A stretch of 64,000 nt of DNA, from contig CAWDEM010000004.1 in the NCBI GenBank assembly GCA_963801355.1, positions 864,001 through 928,000 of the forward strand, written 5' to 3'. Positions within the stretch are counted from its first letter, which is position 1, and each line of letters begins with the position of its first letter. Origin of the DNA: Ignavibacteriota bacterium (lineage in GTDB: Bacteria > Bacteroidota > Ignavibacteria > UBA10030 > UBA6906). Shown piece after piece: positions 37,176 to 47,334 of the stretch. The translations under genes and the position numbers were made by a program. A model generated the notes under the pieces. It searched no databases and had not been told where the DNA came from. It was given only the letters and a program-made list of their open reading frames with translations.

Positions 37176-37408
37176 GGAACACACCTCTTTGTATATGAAA
37201 GTCCGCAACCGGCGAACGCGGTCATGTACATCCGAAAGTGTGCTTTGGAAACGCAAAATCGCAACCCGGTCAACGATGCGCCATGGTTGCGATTTCAACA
37301 ACAGCTTGACAAGGCCCAATACGGTGTACGATGATATATAGTATGACTTATTCTGCTCAATAGCAAGCCCAAACGCCGAAAGTGGATATGCAGCATTTCG
37401 TCATTCTC

Positions 37409-38980
37409 TCAGCCGGTCGACTCCAGGGCAACGGGAACCTCGCGCTCCTTCGTCTCCTGGGACTTCAGGAATGCGTAGGGGTCATGGTAGATCGCACCCG
37501 GGGGCAGTGAGTGCCAGAGGGGACCCAGATCTTTCTTGATTTGCATTTCATAGTAAGCCGGCAGGATATCCGTTTCCTGTTCGAAGTAGTCACGGAACGC
37601 ACGATCGGAGATGAGCTGCCGGTGCACTTCCGCATAATAGCGAAGCCGTCCATATCCCTCGGAAGAAATCGCGCGGATCACGTTCAGCCATCGCGGGACA
37701 ACACCACTGGTTGCAGCCATACGGCGAAAGATCGCCCTTCGGGAGAATGAATGTCGCGTTAGATCGATGACATGCTCGTAAAACGCAGGCCATGCATAGT
37801 TCTTTGGCCGCATGTTCATAGCGCAGTTGTTGTTCAGGAAATGAAATGGAAATCCGATGAGCCGGCCTTGCTGTTGGTACTGGTAGTTGATCGGTGCAGC
37901 CTCGCCAAAGGAGGTGAGGAGCGAGTAACCGGGAAACGCCCCCGGTGAAAGATCAATGAAGTGTTTCGTCAGTGCGAAGGGTTCCGCCCCTGCGTCGGAA
38001 TCCAGGCCCAGAACAAAGTTGGTTTGAATATACGGTATGTAGCGGAGCACAAGATTGATGTGGTCCGCCACACGTTGTACTTTAGCTTCACCCTGGACCG
38101 ATCCGGTGCGCGACTTCTCTCCAAGGTCGAACCAGGATTCCACACCCGGCAGCAATGCCTTGAACCCGTTACGGTTCAGACGCTGGAGATGCGGCTCAGA
38201 GAGCAAGGACAGGCTGCTTTCGGCGATGAAGTCGATGCTGTCGGGGGGAACGGCCTCTTCAATTGCACCCATGATATCGTCAAAGCGGATGCCAAAATTC
38301 GGATCGTGCCAGCCGACGAGCGGCCGCTTGAAACGTGTGAGAAGGAACCGGAGATCCTCCTGAATGACGTCTGTATTCAGAAGCCGGTAGGGAACCGACG
38401 AATCAATGCAGAAACTGCATGTGTACGGGCATCCGGTGCTGGCGAGCATCGGTACAAGCTTTATCAGGGGAGCTTTACGGAGAGTGGCTTCAATGAACCC
38501 CCAGCGCTCCCGGACTCCTGGTATTTCCGCGGGCTGCCGCGGAGCCGAAAGCCGCACACCAAGCGGCACGTGCCGCGAACAATCGTGCAGGACGTCGTTG
38601 ATCACCGCCTCATCGGTGAAGCCAAGGACATAGTCGAAGTATTTTCTGGCATCCTCTGGATAACACCGTGCATGGGGTCCTCCCAAAACAGTAACCACGC
38701 CCTGAGCACGGAGACGGCTGCTGAGTGCGTAGGCGAGGAGGGCAGCCTCTGTGAAGGCACCGATAAACATGATATCAAGATCACGGGGAAGTTCTTTTTC
38801 GAGATCCTCAAAACCGGTATAACACATCAACGACACATCATGTCCCGCCCTCTGACACCAGACACCAACAACCTGCGGCATGATGCTCGACAGGTTTGCG
38901 TTCATCACTCTTGCCCAGAGCGCACGTGTGGAACTCTTGCTGGCAAGGTCAATGATGCCGATCCGCAATTTACGCGCCAA
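37409..38980 (-). CDS. B12-binding-domain radical SAM protein
   Basis: VLGGPHA; GCPYTCSFC (CxxxCxxC); NFVLGLD. Start set at TTG 38980 with GGAG upstream (ORF track begins at 39046). Confidence 0.88.
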   Translation of the reverse strand: MARKLRIGIIDLASKSSTRALWARVMNANLSSIMPQVVGVWCQRAGHDVSLMCYTGFEDLEKELPRDLDIMFIGAFTEAALLAYALSSRLRAQGVVTVLGGPHARCYPEDARKYFDYVLGFTDEAVINDVLHDCSRHVPLGVRLSAPRQPAEIPGVRERWGFIEATLRKAPLIKLVPMLASTGCPYTCSFCIDSSVPYRLLNTDVIQEDLRFLLTRFKRPLVGWHDPNFGIRFDDIMGAIEEAVPPDSIDFIAESSLSLLSEPHLQRLNRNGFKALLPGVESWFDLGEKSRTGSVQGEAKVQRVADHINLVLRYIPYIQTNFVLGLDSDAGAEPFALTKHFIDLSPGAFPGYSLLTSFGEAAPINYQYQQQGRLIGFPFHFLNNNCAMNMRPKNYAWPAFYEHVIDLTRHSFSRRAIFRRMAATSGVVPRWLNVIRAISSEGYGRLRYYAEVHRQLISDRAFRDYFEQETDILPAYYEMQIKKDLGPLWHSLPPGAIYHDPYAFLKSQETKEREVPVALESTG

Positions 38981-39278
38981 GTACTTTTCTCCTGATTGTT
39001 CTTTTCCTGCCAGATGATTTGTTCTCTTGCTGCTGCTTCTCGACAATGGCCTGCTTGATGATTTTCCTTAGCACTGCACGCGTCAGGGGATGGGGCGACA
39101 TTTCACCGTTCTTCAGGGCAGTATGGATCGCTGTGTGGAAGTCACCGATCGATGCATCGCTCAAGATGAAACGGCGCACACCTTCCCTTACGAGTTCGAA
39201 CGTGGCATCGAACTCCTTCGAGGCCCTCCCGCGACGTTTTGAAGGGCGAGTACTGGATGACAACCTTTTGCCGGGCAA
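38970..39278 (-). CDS. Small protein resembling the C-terminal half of the neighbouring REC domain
   Basis: LVREGVRRFILSDASIGDFHTAIHTA...SPHPLTRAVLRKIIKQA aligns with YVQAGVAGFVLKDATFADFVRTIREVA...LPPLLTSSLFSQIADHA. Confidence 0.6.
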   Translation of the reverse strand: MPGKRLSSSTRPSKRRGRASKEFDATFELVREGVRRFILSDASIGDFHTAIHTALKNGEMSPHPLTRAVLRKIIKQAIVEKQQQENKSSGRKRTIRRKVLGA

Positions 39279-39461
39279 GACGGGGCCCTACTCTCTGTTG
39301 TGGGTCATCGTGCAGTATGCACGGCACCGAACTACACCGGGTCTCACGGGATGCTCCCGATGTGGACCTGCGTACAGAAGGATGCTCAGAATTCTGTTAA
39401 GTGGGTATCGCTCGGAGGGATGGAAAGAGGACTGGTCCCTTTGGGGGAGGGAACACGAAGG

Positions 39462-40145
39462 TCATTCGATTGCAGAAGCACTGTGCCGGTAACTGGCGAT
39501 TTCGAGGCGGGTGTGCAACTGGAGTTTTTCCAGAATATTGTGGACGTGGCTCTTAACGGTGTCGACTGCAAGATCAAGCCGGTGGGCGATCTGCTTGTTG
39601 CTGAGCCCTTCGGCAATCAACTCAACAACCTCGCGCTCCCGCTGCGTCATGCGGACCGATTTGAAAGGGTTACGCCTGCTGTCGCTGGCGGCATGATCGG
39701 CGATCTGGGAGAAGAGTGAAGAGGTCAGCAGAGGGGGGAGCACCTTCTTTCCTTGCGCAACTTCACGGATGGTTCGCACAAAATCGGCGAACGTTGCATC
39801 CTTCAGCACAAATCCAGCCACGCCCGCCTGAACGTATTGAACAAGGGAAGGTTGGATCGGCGCGAGATCCATTACGATGATCTTCGTGCTGGTGTGTGTT
39901 TCTCTGATCGAATGCACAAGGCGCAAACTCGTCTTGCTCCGCAGGACGAAATCCAGGAGAATCACATCGGTCTTGAGCTTTTTCCCCCGTATCAGCGCGT
40001 CACCGTTGCTCAGCGATGCGACGACGGTGAAGTCCGGTTGCTCTTTGAGCATCACGGTCAGACCCTCGCGGAGAAGACGGTTGTCTTCGACCAGGACTAT
40101 CCTGACCCGTTTTTTATCTGGGATTCGGGGCCGGGGCAAGGGCAT
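39462..40145 (-). CDS. NarL/LuxR-family response regulator
   Basis: IVLVEDN.LLREGL, VILLD; MTQREREVVELIAEGLSNKQIA...TVKSHVHNILEKL. Confidence 0.95.
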   Translation of the reverse strand: MPLPRPRIPDKKRVRIVLVEDNRLLREGLTVMLKEQPDFTVVASLSNGDALIRGKKLKTDVILLDFVLRSKTSLRLVHSIRETHTSTKIIVMDLAPIQPSLVQYVQAGVAGFVLKDATFADFVRTIREVAQGKKVLPPLLTSSLFSQIADHAASDSRRNPFKSVRMTQREREVVELIAEGLSNKQIAHRLDLAVDTVKSHVHNILEKLQLHTRLEIASYRHSASAIE

Positions 40146-40198
40146 GTGTAGGTGTGTGGTTGCGCATCATTCTAAGTTATGGAAATCAGATGTTGATT

Positions 40199-41251
40199 TC
40201 AATAAGCCCGTTTACGGGCCTTCTCCCTGCTCTTCGTCACTTCATCCAGCATTGCGATATAGTTCTCGTACTTCACGTACTCGGGTATGCTGTTTCCTGA
40301 TCCGGCGCAGTAACCGGTGCCATTCCATGCGGCCGCGATGTTCTTGCGCACCTGCGCACGGACCTGCTCCTCTGTGCCCCGCGCGAGCATATCCACGTCC
40401 ACGTGACCTATCAGGCAGAGCCGGTCACCATACCGCCTCTTGACCTCGGCCAATTCCATCGCTTTCGGCTCGATCGGGTGGAGGGCGTCCACACCACAAC
40501 CGATAATCTCTTCCATGACATCATACAGCACGCCGTCGGTATGGAAGATGAGCGGTTTGCCGGCAGCCCGGGACATATCGCCAATCTTTTTGAGCCAGGG
40601 GAAGAAATACCGTCGCAGAATGGCAGGGGAGACCATGAGTCCAGTCGCGTATGCAATGTCATCGCTGTACCACAGCGCATCGATTGCCGGATTAGCAGCC
40701 ATTTTTTCAAACATTGACAGGACGATTTCCCCCAGTCTCTGGTTCAGGTCGTAGACGAGGTCGGGCTCCTCATATACCGCCATCGAAAAGCCCTCAAATC
40801 CCATCATTTCCCATGTCATGGTGAAGATGTCACCGTACTGCCCGACAATCCCCATACCCGGAGGAAGGTTTTTCTTGCCCTCCCTTATTCGTTCATACCC
40901 GATCTCATCGATGCCGGGGAACTGATATTTGTCCAGGTCCGTTCTGCTGACGATGATCCCATTCTGCTCGGATGCCCACTTGCGAACAACGGTCCCATCT
41001 TCGTTTGCCATCAGGTTACGTGTGGCTGCTATACCGGCCGGATCAAAGTTCACCTCGGGCTGCAATTTTACATAATCATATCCGGCCTTCCACCAGAATT
41101 CGATCTCGTCTGCGACCGAAGTTATTGAATGACCCAGAAACCTCTCCTTGACGACAGGGTGAACACCAAGTTCAGCGTTGGGTACGTACCCCGCCGGCTC
41201 GAGACGGAGAGTCTTGAGGAACTCGTGAATGTTGGGAGGCCGGGAGGTCAT
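40199..41251 (-). CDS. Uroporphyrinogen decarboxylase-family (MtaA/CmuA-like) protein
   Basis: MMGFEGF, YSDDIA, IFHTDG, GVDALHPIE, CLIGHVD, GYCAGSGNSI. Confidence 0.85.
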   Translation of the reverse strand: MTSRPPNIHEFLKTLRLEPAGYVPNAELGVHPVVKERFLGHSITSVADEIEFWWKAGYDYVKLQPEVNFDPAGIAATRNLMANEDGTVVRKWASEQNGIIVSRTDLDKYQFPGIDEIGYERIREGKKNLPPGMGIVGQYGDIFTMTWEMMGFEGFSMAVYEEPDLVYDLNQRLGEIVLSMFEKMAANPAIDALWYSDDIAYATGLMVSPAILRRYFFPWLKKIGDMSRAAGKPLIFHTDGVLYDVMEEIIGCGVDALHPIEPKAMELAEVKRRYGDRLCLIGHVDVDMLARGTEEQVRAQVRKNIAAAWNGTGYCAGSGNSIPEYVKYENYIAMLDEVTKSREKARKRAY

Positions 41252-41398
41252 AGAACCTAATCTCTGATAACATGAATAGTTTTTAATGCCACTTTAAGCG
41301 AATCTTTAACCATTCGTTCGTATATTATTGTGACTCCGATCACAGTAACCAGCTTCGCGTTGTCGTATACTGAGCCAAAGACCCAACTGGGGGAAGAA

Positions 41399-41542
41399 AT
41401 GCATAAGACAGTGTTGGCAGTTGCAGCCTTACTCGCCGTGGCAGCAATCCCTTTCTACCTGGCCAGCCGGAAAAGAGCAGTGGTCCCCGTCGACAATGAT
41501 GGGAACGAACTCCTCGAATGGGATACGCAACCCTGGGAATGA
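41399..41542 (+). CDS. Small single-TM protein (47 aa)
   Basis: Purine-rich RBS; MHKTVLAVAALLAVAAIPFYL; TATATT upstream. Confidence 0.5.
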   Translation: MHKTVLAVAALLAVAAIPFYLASRKRAVVPVDNDGNELLEWDTQPWE

Positions 41543-41551
41543 CGGGCATTC

Positions 41552-43864
41552 TCAGAAACTGATCGTACCAAGTCCTTCCTCACCTTCCTGCCATTTGGAA
41601 CTCGTGTGTTTGTTGCAGCGTCCCGGAAGAGTCTTTGGAGTGAAATACTCCGTCATGGTTTTCGGGCAGTATTCAGTGGCGAGTTGTTTTGTCTCGGTAC
41701 AGATGGTTTCCTCTAACACGCTGTTGGGTCTCACAAAATACTCCAGAGGCATGCCGATATTGGGGTCTTCGTAGACGTACTTCATGAAGCGGCCCCAGAG
41801 AGGGGCGGCAGCGCGGCCTCCCTGACCATCCCAATTCTTGAATCGGACGATCTTGTTATCGAAGCCGACCCACACTGCTGCCGAAAGCTGAGGTGTGAAG
41901 CCCACGAACCAGGCATCCGCAAATTCCTGGGTGGTGCCGGTTTTCCCTGCGGCGGGCAGTTGAAAGAAATCGCGTACATGGGATCCGGTGCCGCCGTTCA
42001 CGACGCCTTCGAGCATCGATGTCATGAGAAAGGCCGTTGCTTCGCTTAGCACCTCGCGCTGCGTGGGCATGTTCTCTTCGATGATGTTGCCGTCCTTGTC
42101 CTCAATCCGCACGATCGCGTTTGGTTCGACATAGACTCCATGGTTCGGGAACACTCCGAATGCCGCCGCCATGTCCAGCGGTTTGACATCTCCCACGCCA
42201 AGTGCGAGTGACACGTAGGGGGGGAGCGGCGTGGTGATCCCCATGCGCTTCGCATAGTCGATCACCTGGTTGACCGGCGCGATGGTTTGAATTGCGCGGA
42301 TGGCAACAAGGTTGATAGACATCTTGATTGCTTCGCGGATCGTGCTTTTCCCGCCAAAGCTGTTATCAGAGTTGGAGGGCCGCCAGCTCTTCCCGTCCGG
42401 CATCATAATGGTAACCGGTTGGTTCATCAGCTCGAATGTCGGAGCATACCCATTGTCGATAGCGACCGTATACACGAACGGTTTGAATGCAGATCCGACC
42501 TGGCGCTGGATCTGGGTGATATGATTGATGCCGTACTTGAAGTTCTTGAAGTTCGAACCGCCCACCATCGCGAGAATGCCGCCGGTGGTCGGCTCCAGCA
42601 CTACAAATCCGACCTCGACCTGTTTGGCCACCTGCAGCATTGAGTCGACCCAGGCCTGGTTGTTTCGCAGCGCGGCAGAAACGCTGTCGCGCTCCGCTTG
42701 TGACTCGGTTTTGCGGTACTCCGGCGATGTCCGGACTGCCTGATCCAGCGCGAAACCCAGTGCTTCACGCTCCTTCCCCCACTGCCATTGCTTGTCGAAG
42801 AGCCGCTGGTAAATGGTGAGGTGCTCTTCCACTGCGCGGTTGGCGTGCCGCTGCATCCGGCTGTCCAATGTCGTGTAGACCGTAATGCCGTCACGATAGA
42901 TATCGAATCCGTATTTCTCAGCCTTCTCCGAGAGTGTCTGGCGGATGTATTCAACAAAATGGGAAGCGATGCCGCTTCGGGTGAACTCATCGGAGGGACG
43001 CAGCTGTATCGGTTCCCGGCGAGCGGCGCCCGCGGCCTCCCGCGTCAGATAGCCGTACTTCTGCATCTGACCGAGCACGATGTTGCGACGTGAGAGTGCA
43101 CGCTCGGGGTGATTTATGGGGTCGTAGTAGGCCGGACCCTTGACGAGGGCGATAAGCAATGCGGATTCCGTGAGTGTCAGCTCGTTGACCGGCTTCCCGA
43201 AAAATTGCTGGGCGGCCGACGCGATGCCGTACGTTCCCCGGCCGAAATAGACGACGTTGAGGTAGGCCTCGAGAATTTCGTCTTTGGTGAAGGTCCGTTC
43301 AATCTGGATGGCGGTGATGAACTCGCGGAGTTTGCGAGTGATGGTGTCGAAGATATTGGCATCTTCATGCCCCAGGTACAGACTGCGCGAGAGTTGCTGC
43401 GTAATGGTGCTGGCCCCTTCACGACGCTGGAACAGCGACAGCACGTTTTTCACCATCGCTTTCACGAAACGGATCGCGTCGACCCCCCAGTGACTGTAGA
43501 AATCCTTGTCTTCGGTGGCCAGAAGTGCTTCGACGGCGCTCCGCGATATTTCTTTCAGTGTAACCTGGGAACGGTTTTTGATGAAAAACTGATCAAGGAT
43601 TTCACCGTCGGAGGAGAACACCCGCGTGGCCAGCTCGGGTTTCGGGTTTTCAATCTTCTCGAGAGTCGGGAGACCGCTGAACAGGTAGACGACAAAGGCG
43701 GTGAAGAGAAGCAGCAACGGAATGCCGATCATGAGCGCCACCCGCAGCCGACGGCGGGCCACCGGCGCAGCGGCAGAACGTATGCGCTGCTGACGGAACT
43801 CCGGGTCCTTGAAGTACCGATCCAGTTCTTCGGCTGAGTACTGTCCGTTCGGTTTTGTTGTCAT
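41552..43864 (-). CDS. mrcA: Class A penicillin-binding protein (PBP1A)
   Basis: ATEDKDFYSHWG, GASTITQQL, RKLRE; GSAFKP (SxxK), SIN, KTGTT. Confidence 0.95.
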   Translation of the reverse strand: MTTKPNGQYSAEELDRYFKDPEFRQQRIRSAAAPVARRRLRVALMIGIPLLLLFTAFVVYLFSGLPTLEKIENPKPELATRVFSSDGEILDQFFIKNRSQVTLKEISRSAVEALLATEDKDFYSHWGVDAIRFVKAMVKNVLSLFQRREGASTITQQLSRSLYLGHEDANIFDTITRKLREFITAIQIERTFTKDEILEAYLNVVYFGRGTYGIASAAQQFFGKPVNELTLTESALLIALVKGPAYYDPINHPERALSRRNIVLGQMQKYGYLTREAAGAARREPIQLRPSDEFTRSGIASHFVEYIRQTLSEKAEKYGFDIYRDGITVYTTLDSRMQRHANRAVEEHLTIYQRLFDKQWQWGKEREALGFALDQAVRTSPEYRKTESQAERDSVSAALRNNQAWVDSMLQVAKQVEVGFVVLEPTTGGILAMVGGSNFKNFKYGINHITQIQRQVGSAFKPFVYTVAIDNGYAPTFELMNQPVTIMMPDGKSWRPSNSDNSFGGKSTIREAIKMSINLVAIRAIQTIAPVNQVIDYAKRMGITTPLPPYVSLALGVGDVKPLDMAAAFGVFPNHGVYVEPNAIVRIEDKDGNIIEENMPTQREVLSEATAFLMTSMLEGVVNGGTGSHVRDFFQLPAAGKTGTTQEFADAWFVGFTPQLSAAVWVGFDNKIVRFKNWDGQGGRAAAPLWGRFMKYVYEDPNIGMPLEYFVRPNSVLEETICTETKQLATEYCPKTMTEYFTPKTLPGRCNKHTSSKWQEGEEGLGTISF

Positions 43865-43868
43865 GCTC

Positions 43869-44600
43869 TCAATCCCGCGTGGCGTCCCATGATGCAAGGC
43901 GAATGATGCCGGCCTCCATTATAGCATAGCTGTTGAAAGTGACCCAGTCACCCAGATTGACATAGACGCCGCCGTTAATTCTCAGAATTGACGGTCGGTG
44001 ACTGTGTCCCATCACCACAATGTGCATACCCTCGCGAATCCGTGCCTGTGCGAATCTCAGGAGGCCTTCCTCTTCACCGAAATCCTTCTGTGATGTGTAC
44101 GACCGGCTTGTCCGGGAGGAGCCACGCGCCAACGGGACTCCGAGATCGGGGTGCAGCCAGCGGTAGAGCCATACGGCGACGCGGTTGCGCAGAACCGGTT
44201 TGATGAGCCGGTAGCCGAGGTCGTGTGTCGCGAGTCCGTCACCATGGTGCAGGTACACACGGCGTCCCTGGATGTGCGCTTCGAACGGCGTCATGTGGGT
44301 TTCGATTCCGAGTTCTTCCGAGAAGAAATCCAATATCCAGCAGTCGTGGTTTCCAGTAAGAAATTTCACGGGAATTCCAGCGTCGGTGAAAGCTTGCAGC
44401 GCTGCGAGCGTGCGGTGGAATCCCTTCGGTATGACCGTGCGGTATTCAAACCAGAAATCGAACAGGTCCCCCACAATGTACAGCTCTTCGGTGTTCGGGA
44501 GGATGTCCTGCAACAGGGCAAGTAGCCGGTCTTCCTTTTTGCGTTCCTCGGCACGCGTTCCGAGGCCGAGGTGAACATCGGAGATGAAATAGACAGCCAT
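43869..44600 (-). CDS. lpxH: UDP-2,3-diacylglucosamine diphosphatase
   Basis: ISDVHLG, GDLFDFWFEY, GNHD, HGDG, GHSH, NLGDW. Confidence 0.9.
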   Translation of the reverse strand: MAVYFISDVHLGLGTRAEERKKEDRLLALLQDILPNTEELYIVGDLFDFWFEYRTVIPKGFHRTLAALQAFTDAGIPVKFLTGNHDCWILDFFSEELGIETHMTPFEAHIQGRRVYLHHGDGLATHDLGYRLIKPVLRNRVAVWLYRWLHPDLGVPLARGSSRTSRSYTSQKDFGEEEGLLRFAQARIREGMHIVVMGHSHRPSILRINGGVYVNLGDWVTFNSYAIMEAGIIRLASWDATRD

Positions 44601-44678
44601 CGTTTAATTTATGAAAAGAGGGGCGCAAAGTAAACAGTTGAAGCGCCGGATGCCCTGCTCAGCCGGAGGCCCTGCTCA

Positions 44679-45956
44679 TCAGACTGCCTGCTTTTCGGGA
44701 TAGGAGGGAGGTTCTGTGACTCCCTGCAGAAGCGCCAATCCGGCAACAAAAAAAACGCCGATTGCCAGCGCGGCATTCCGTTCACCGGTGAGGTCCGACA
44801 GTATTCCGAACAGCAGTGGTCCGACGACGGCGGAAGCCTTTCCGCACAAGCCGTCATAAAAGCCGAAGAATTCAGCTTCGCGGTTGCGCGGAGTCAGGAG
44901 TGCCATGAGACTCCGGCTGGCCGATTGAGAGGAACCCATGGCGACGCCGGCAGCCAGAGCGACACCGTAGAATTGTCCGGTTGTGGTGATGAAATAGGCT
45001 GCGATGACGATGCCGATCCAGAGGATCAGAGTGATGCTGATGGTCTTCTTCGGACCGATCTTGTCGGTGATGACCCCGAATACGGCGGAGCCGGCAATGG
45101 CACTCGTTTGTACGACCGCAAAAAAGGTGATGATCTCGGTATCGCTCATTTGCAGCACCTGTGCCGCGAAGATCGCAGCAAATGCAATGATCGTCAGGAT
45201 GCCGTCATTGTAGATGAAGAACGCGATCAGAAATCTGGCGAGCGACGGGTGTTGACGCTCCACGAAGAGCAGGCGGAGTGTGCCGAGCGCGCGCTGCATC
45301 CCTGCCCGCATCAATGACGGGGGGGGGGGGGCCGCAACAGGCGGTTCGGAGACGAAGAGGAACAGCGGCAGAGAGAACGTCAGAAAAAAAGCTGCGGCGA
45401 CGATGAACGAAAGGCGCACGACACCGAGGTACCCCGGATCCGATGATGGTGGCAGCATCGCGCTCACAATGAGCAGAATCGTCAGAGAGCCCACGTAGCC
45501 CATTGCGAAGCCGTAGCCTGAGACGCGTCCGTAGTTCTTGCGCGTGGTCAGGCCGGGAAGGAATGCGTCATAAAAAACGATTCCCCCTTCGAACCCGATG
45601 TTGGCAATGATGAAAAACAGCATGCCCGCAACGATCATCCCCTCGTGGATGGTGTACAACAGGGCGGTGCAGGCGACGGATGCAAGGGTGAAGATGAGCA
45701 GGTACCGTTTGCGGTTTCTGGAGAAATCGGCGGCGGCGCCGAGCGGCGGGGCGAGTATGGCGGCACTGAGCATGGAGAGACTGACCGCGAGTCCCCAGAG
45801 CCAGCGCTGGCCGCCGGCCACATGACCGATAAAGTACCGGGGGAAGATGACGGTGACGACGATGACCGAGAACGCCGTATTGGCAAAATCAAACAGGGTC
45901 CAGCTGAAGATCTGTCCTCGTGTTGCGGCGTCCCGGTGGGGAGGCTGGGGGATCAC
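44679..45956 (-). CDS. MFS transporter (UMF1/ATG22-like)
   Basis: SWTLFDFANTAF, FYDAFLP, GRVSGYGFAMGY, QSASRS, EFFGFY; many TM segments. Confidence 0.92.
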   Translation of the reverse strand: MIPQPPHRDAATRGQIFSWTLFDFANTAFSVIVVTVIFPRYFIGHVAGGQRWLWGLAVSLSMLSAAILAPPLGAAADFSRNRKRYLLIFTLASVACTALLYTIHEGMIVAGMLFFIIANIGFEGGIVFYDAFLPGLTTRKNYGRVSGYGFAMGYVGSLTILLIVSAMLPPSSDPGYLGVVRLSFIVAAAFFLTFSLPLFLFVSEPPVAAPPPPSLMRAGMQRALGTLRLLFVERQHPSLARFLIAFFIYNDGILTIIAFAAIFAAQVLQMSDTEIITFFAVVQTSAIAGSAVFGVITDKIGPKKTISITLILWIGIVIAAYFITTTGQFYGVALAAGVAMGSSQSASRSLMALLTPRNREAEFFGFYDGLCGKASAVVGPLLFGILSDLTGERNAALAIGVFFVAGLALLQGVTEPPSYPEKQAV

Positions 45957-46462
45957 TGCTGTCTGGTCCGTGGTTTGGGTACCCGCGTATCCGGATCACC
46001 GTCGTAGAGGCCCCTCCCTGCTTTCGTGACGGCGCCCTCAACGAGCGCTTCGGGTCCGCCTTTCTTGATTTCGGCGAGCACCGCGTCCAGCACGCCATTG
46101 ACGAACTGACCGCTCTTCTCTGTACTGAACAGCTTCGCCAGTTCGATGGCTTCATTCATGGTGACCTTTGGCGGGATTTCGCGGAAATAAAGAAGTTCGC
46201 AAATTCCCATGCGCAGAATCAGTCGGTCGAGAATCGCGATGCGCTTGAAATCCCAGTTGGCCACGCGCGTACGGATGATCTTGTCGATATCCGCGCTGTG
46301 GGCGACGGTGGCCTCGACGAGGTTCTTGGCGAATTCATGTGCGGGCTTGTTGCCTGCGAGTCCGATCAACACGCAGGCATTCACGTGCTCCAGCGGGTCT
46401 CCCGACATCTCGTGCGCGTAGAGCGCCTGAACAACCTTTTCGCGGATAATACGTCGTCTCAC
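45953..46462 (-). CDS. nusB: Transcription antitermination factor NusB
   Basis: RRRIIREKVVQALY, NWDFKRIAILDRLILR, IPPKVTMNEAIELAK, FVNGVLD. Confidence 0.97.
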   Translation of the reverse strand: MRRRIIREKVVQALYAHEMSGDPLEHVNACVLIGLAGNKPAHEFAKNLVEATVAHSADIDKIIRTRVANWDFKRIAILDRLILRMGICELLYFREIPPKVTMNEAIELAKLFSTEKSGQFVNGVLDAVLAEIKKGGPEALVEGAVTKAGRGLYDGDPDTRVPKPRTRQQ

Positions 46463-46483
46463 CAGGGCAATCCTTTCTTCCGC

Positions 46484-47263
46484 TCACCGGAGCACGGTTA
46501 CGCGCGGGGAGTCGAGCTTCGGGTGTCGGTCAACCAGGACGTCGGCCTTGAAGACCGTCCGGATACGGTCGGCGGTCAGGACGTCATCGGGCGCACCGAG
46601 CGCGGCGAGTGTCCCGGCCTGCAACATCGCAATGCGATCACTATTCATCGCCGCAAGATTCAAATCGTGAGACACCGAGATTACCGTTAGTCCCGAATCG
46701 GTGCTCAGCGAGCGCAGCAACCGGAAGATTTCCACCTGGTGCGCGATGTCGAGGTAGGCGGTCGGTTCATCCAGCAGAATGACCGGGGCCTGCTGCGCGA
46801 GGGCGCGGGCGATGAATGCGCGCTGGCGTTCGCCTCCGGAAAGATTCGTGATGGTATGATCCGCAAGGTGGCGAATATCCGTCAGGTCCATCATGCGCCG
46901 GGCGATTTCCCTGTCACGGGAGCTCTCGAACAGGCGTCCGTCCGCATGCGGTGCGCGGCCCATGAGCACGATTTCCTCGACAGTGAACGGGAATTGCGTT
47001 TCCCGTTCCTGGGGCACGAAGGCAATCGTGCGGGCGAGATCGGTGCGTGTGTAGGAGGGGAGCGGTTTTCCTTCCAGGTGAATCGTGCCTTCGAGCGGGA
47101 GGTAAATGCGGTCCAGGAGCTTGAGAAGTGTGGATTTGCCCGAGCCATTCGGTCCGACGAGCGTCAGGAACTCGCCGCGCTGAACAGAGAATGATACATT
47201 GCGCAGCGTTGGAACATCTGCGAGATAACTGAACGAAACGTTGTCGATGGTGAGAACGGACAT
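46484..47263 (-). CDS. Iron-chelate/cobalamin ABC transporter ATPase
   Basis: GPNGSGKST, LSGGERQR, LLDEPTAYLDIAHQ, SHDLNLA. Confidence 0.93.
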   Translation of the reverse strand: MSVLTIDNVSFSYLADVPTLRNVSFSVQRGEFLTLVGPNGSGKSTLLKLLDRIYLPLEGTIHLEGKPLPSYTRTDLARTIAFVPQERETQFPFTVEEIVLMGRAPHADGRLFESSRDREIARRMMDLTDIRHLADHTITNLSGGERQRAFIARALAQQAPVILLDEPTAYLDIAHQVEIFRLLRSLSTDSGLTVISVSHDLNLAAMNSDRIAMLQAGTLAALGAPDDVLTADRIRTVFKADVLVDRHPKLDSPRVTVLR

Positions 47264-47334
47264 ACCTCTGGTACAGTCAGTTGGGTTACAATACTCTTAA
47301 TCTACGGAAAAGGAGAGAAGAACACAACGCCTTC

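Noticed and set aside
37961-38995. Long antisense ORFs (this one, 25461-26537, 43109-43837, 49955-50728 and others)
   Set aside because: Shadow frames opposite well-supported genes in GC-rich DNA, with no motifs.
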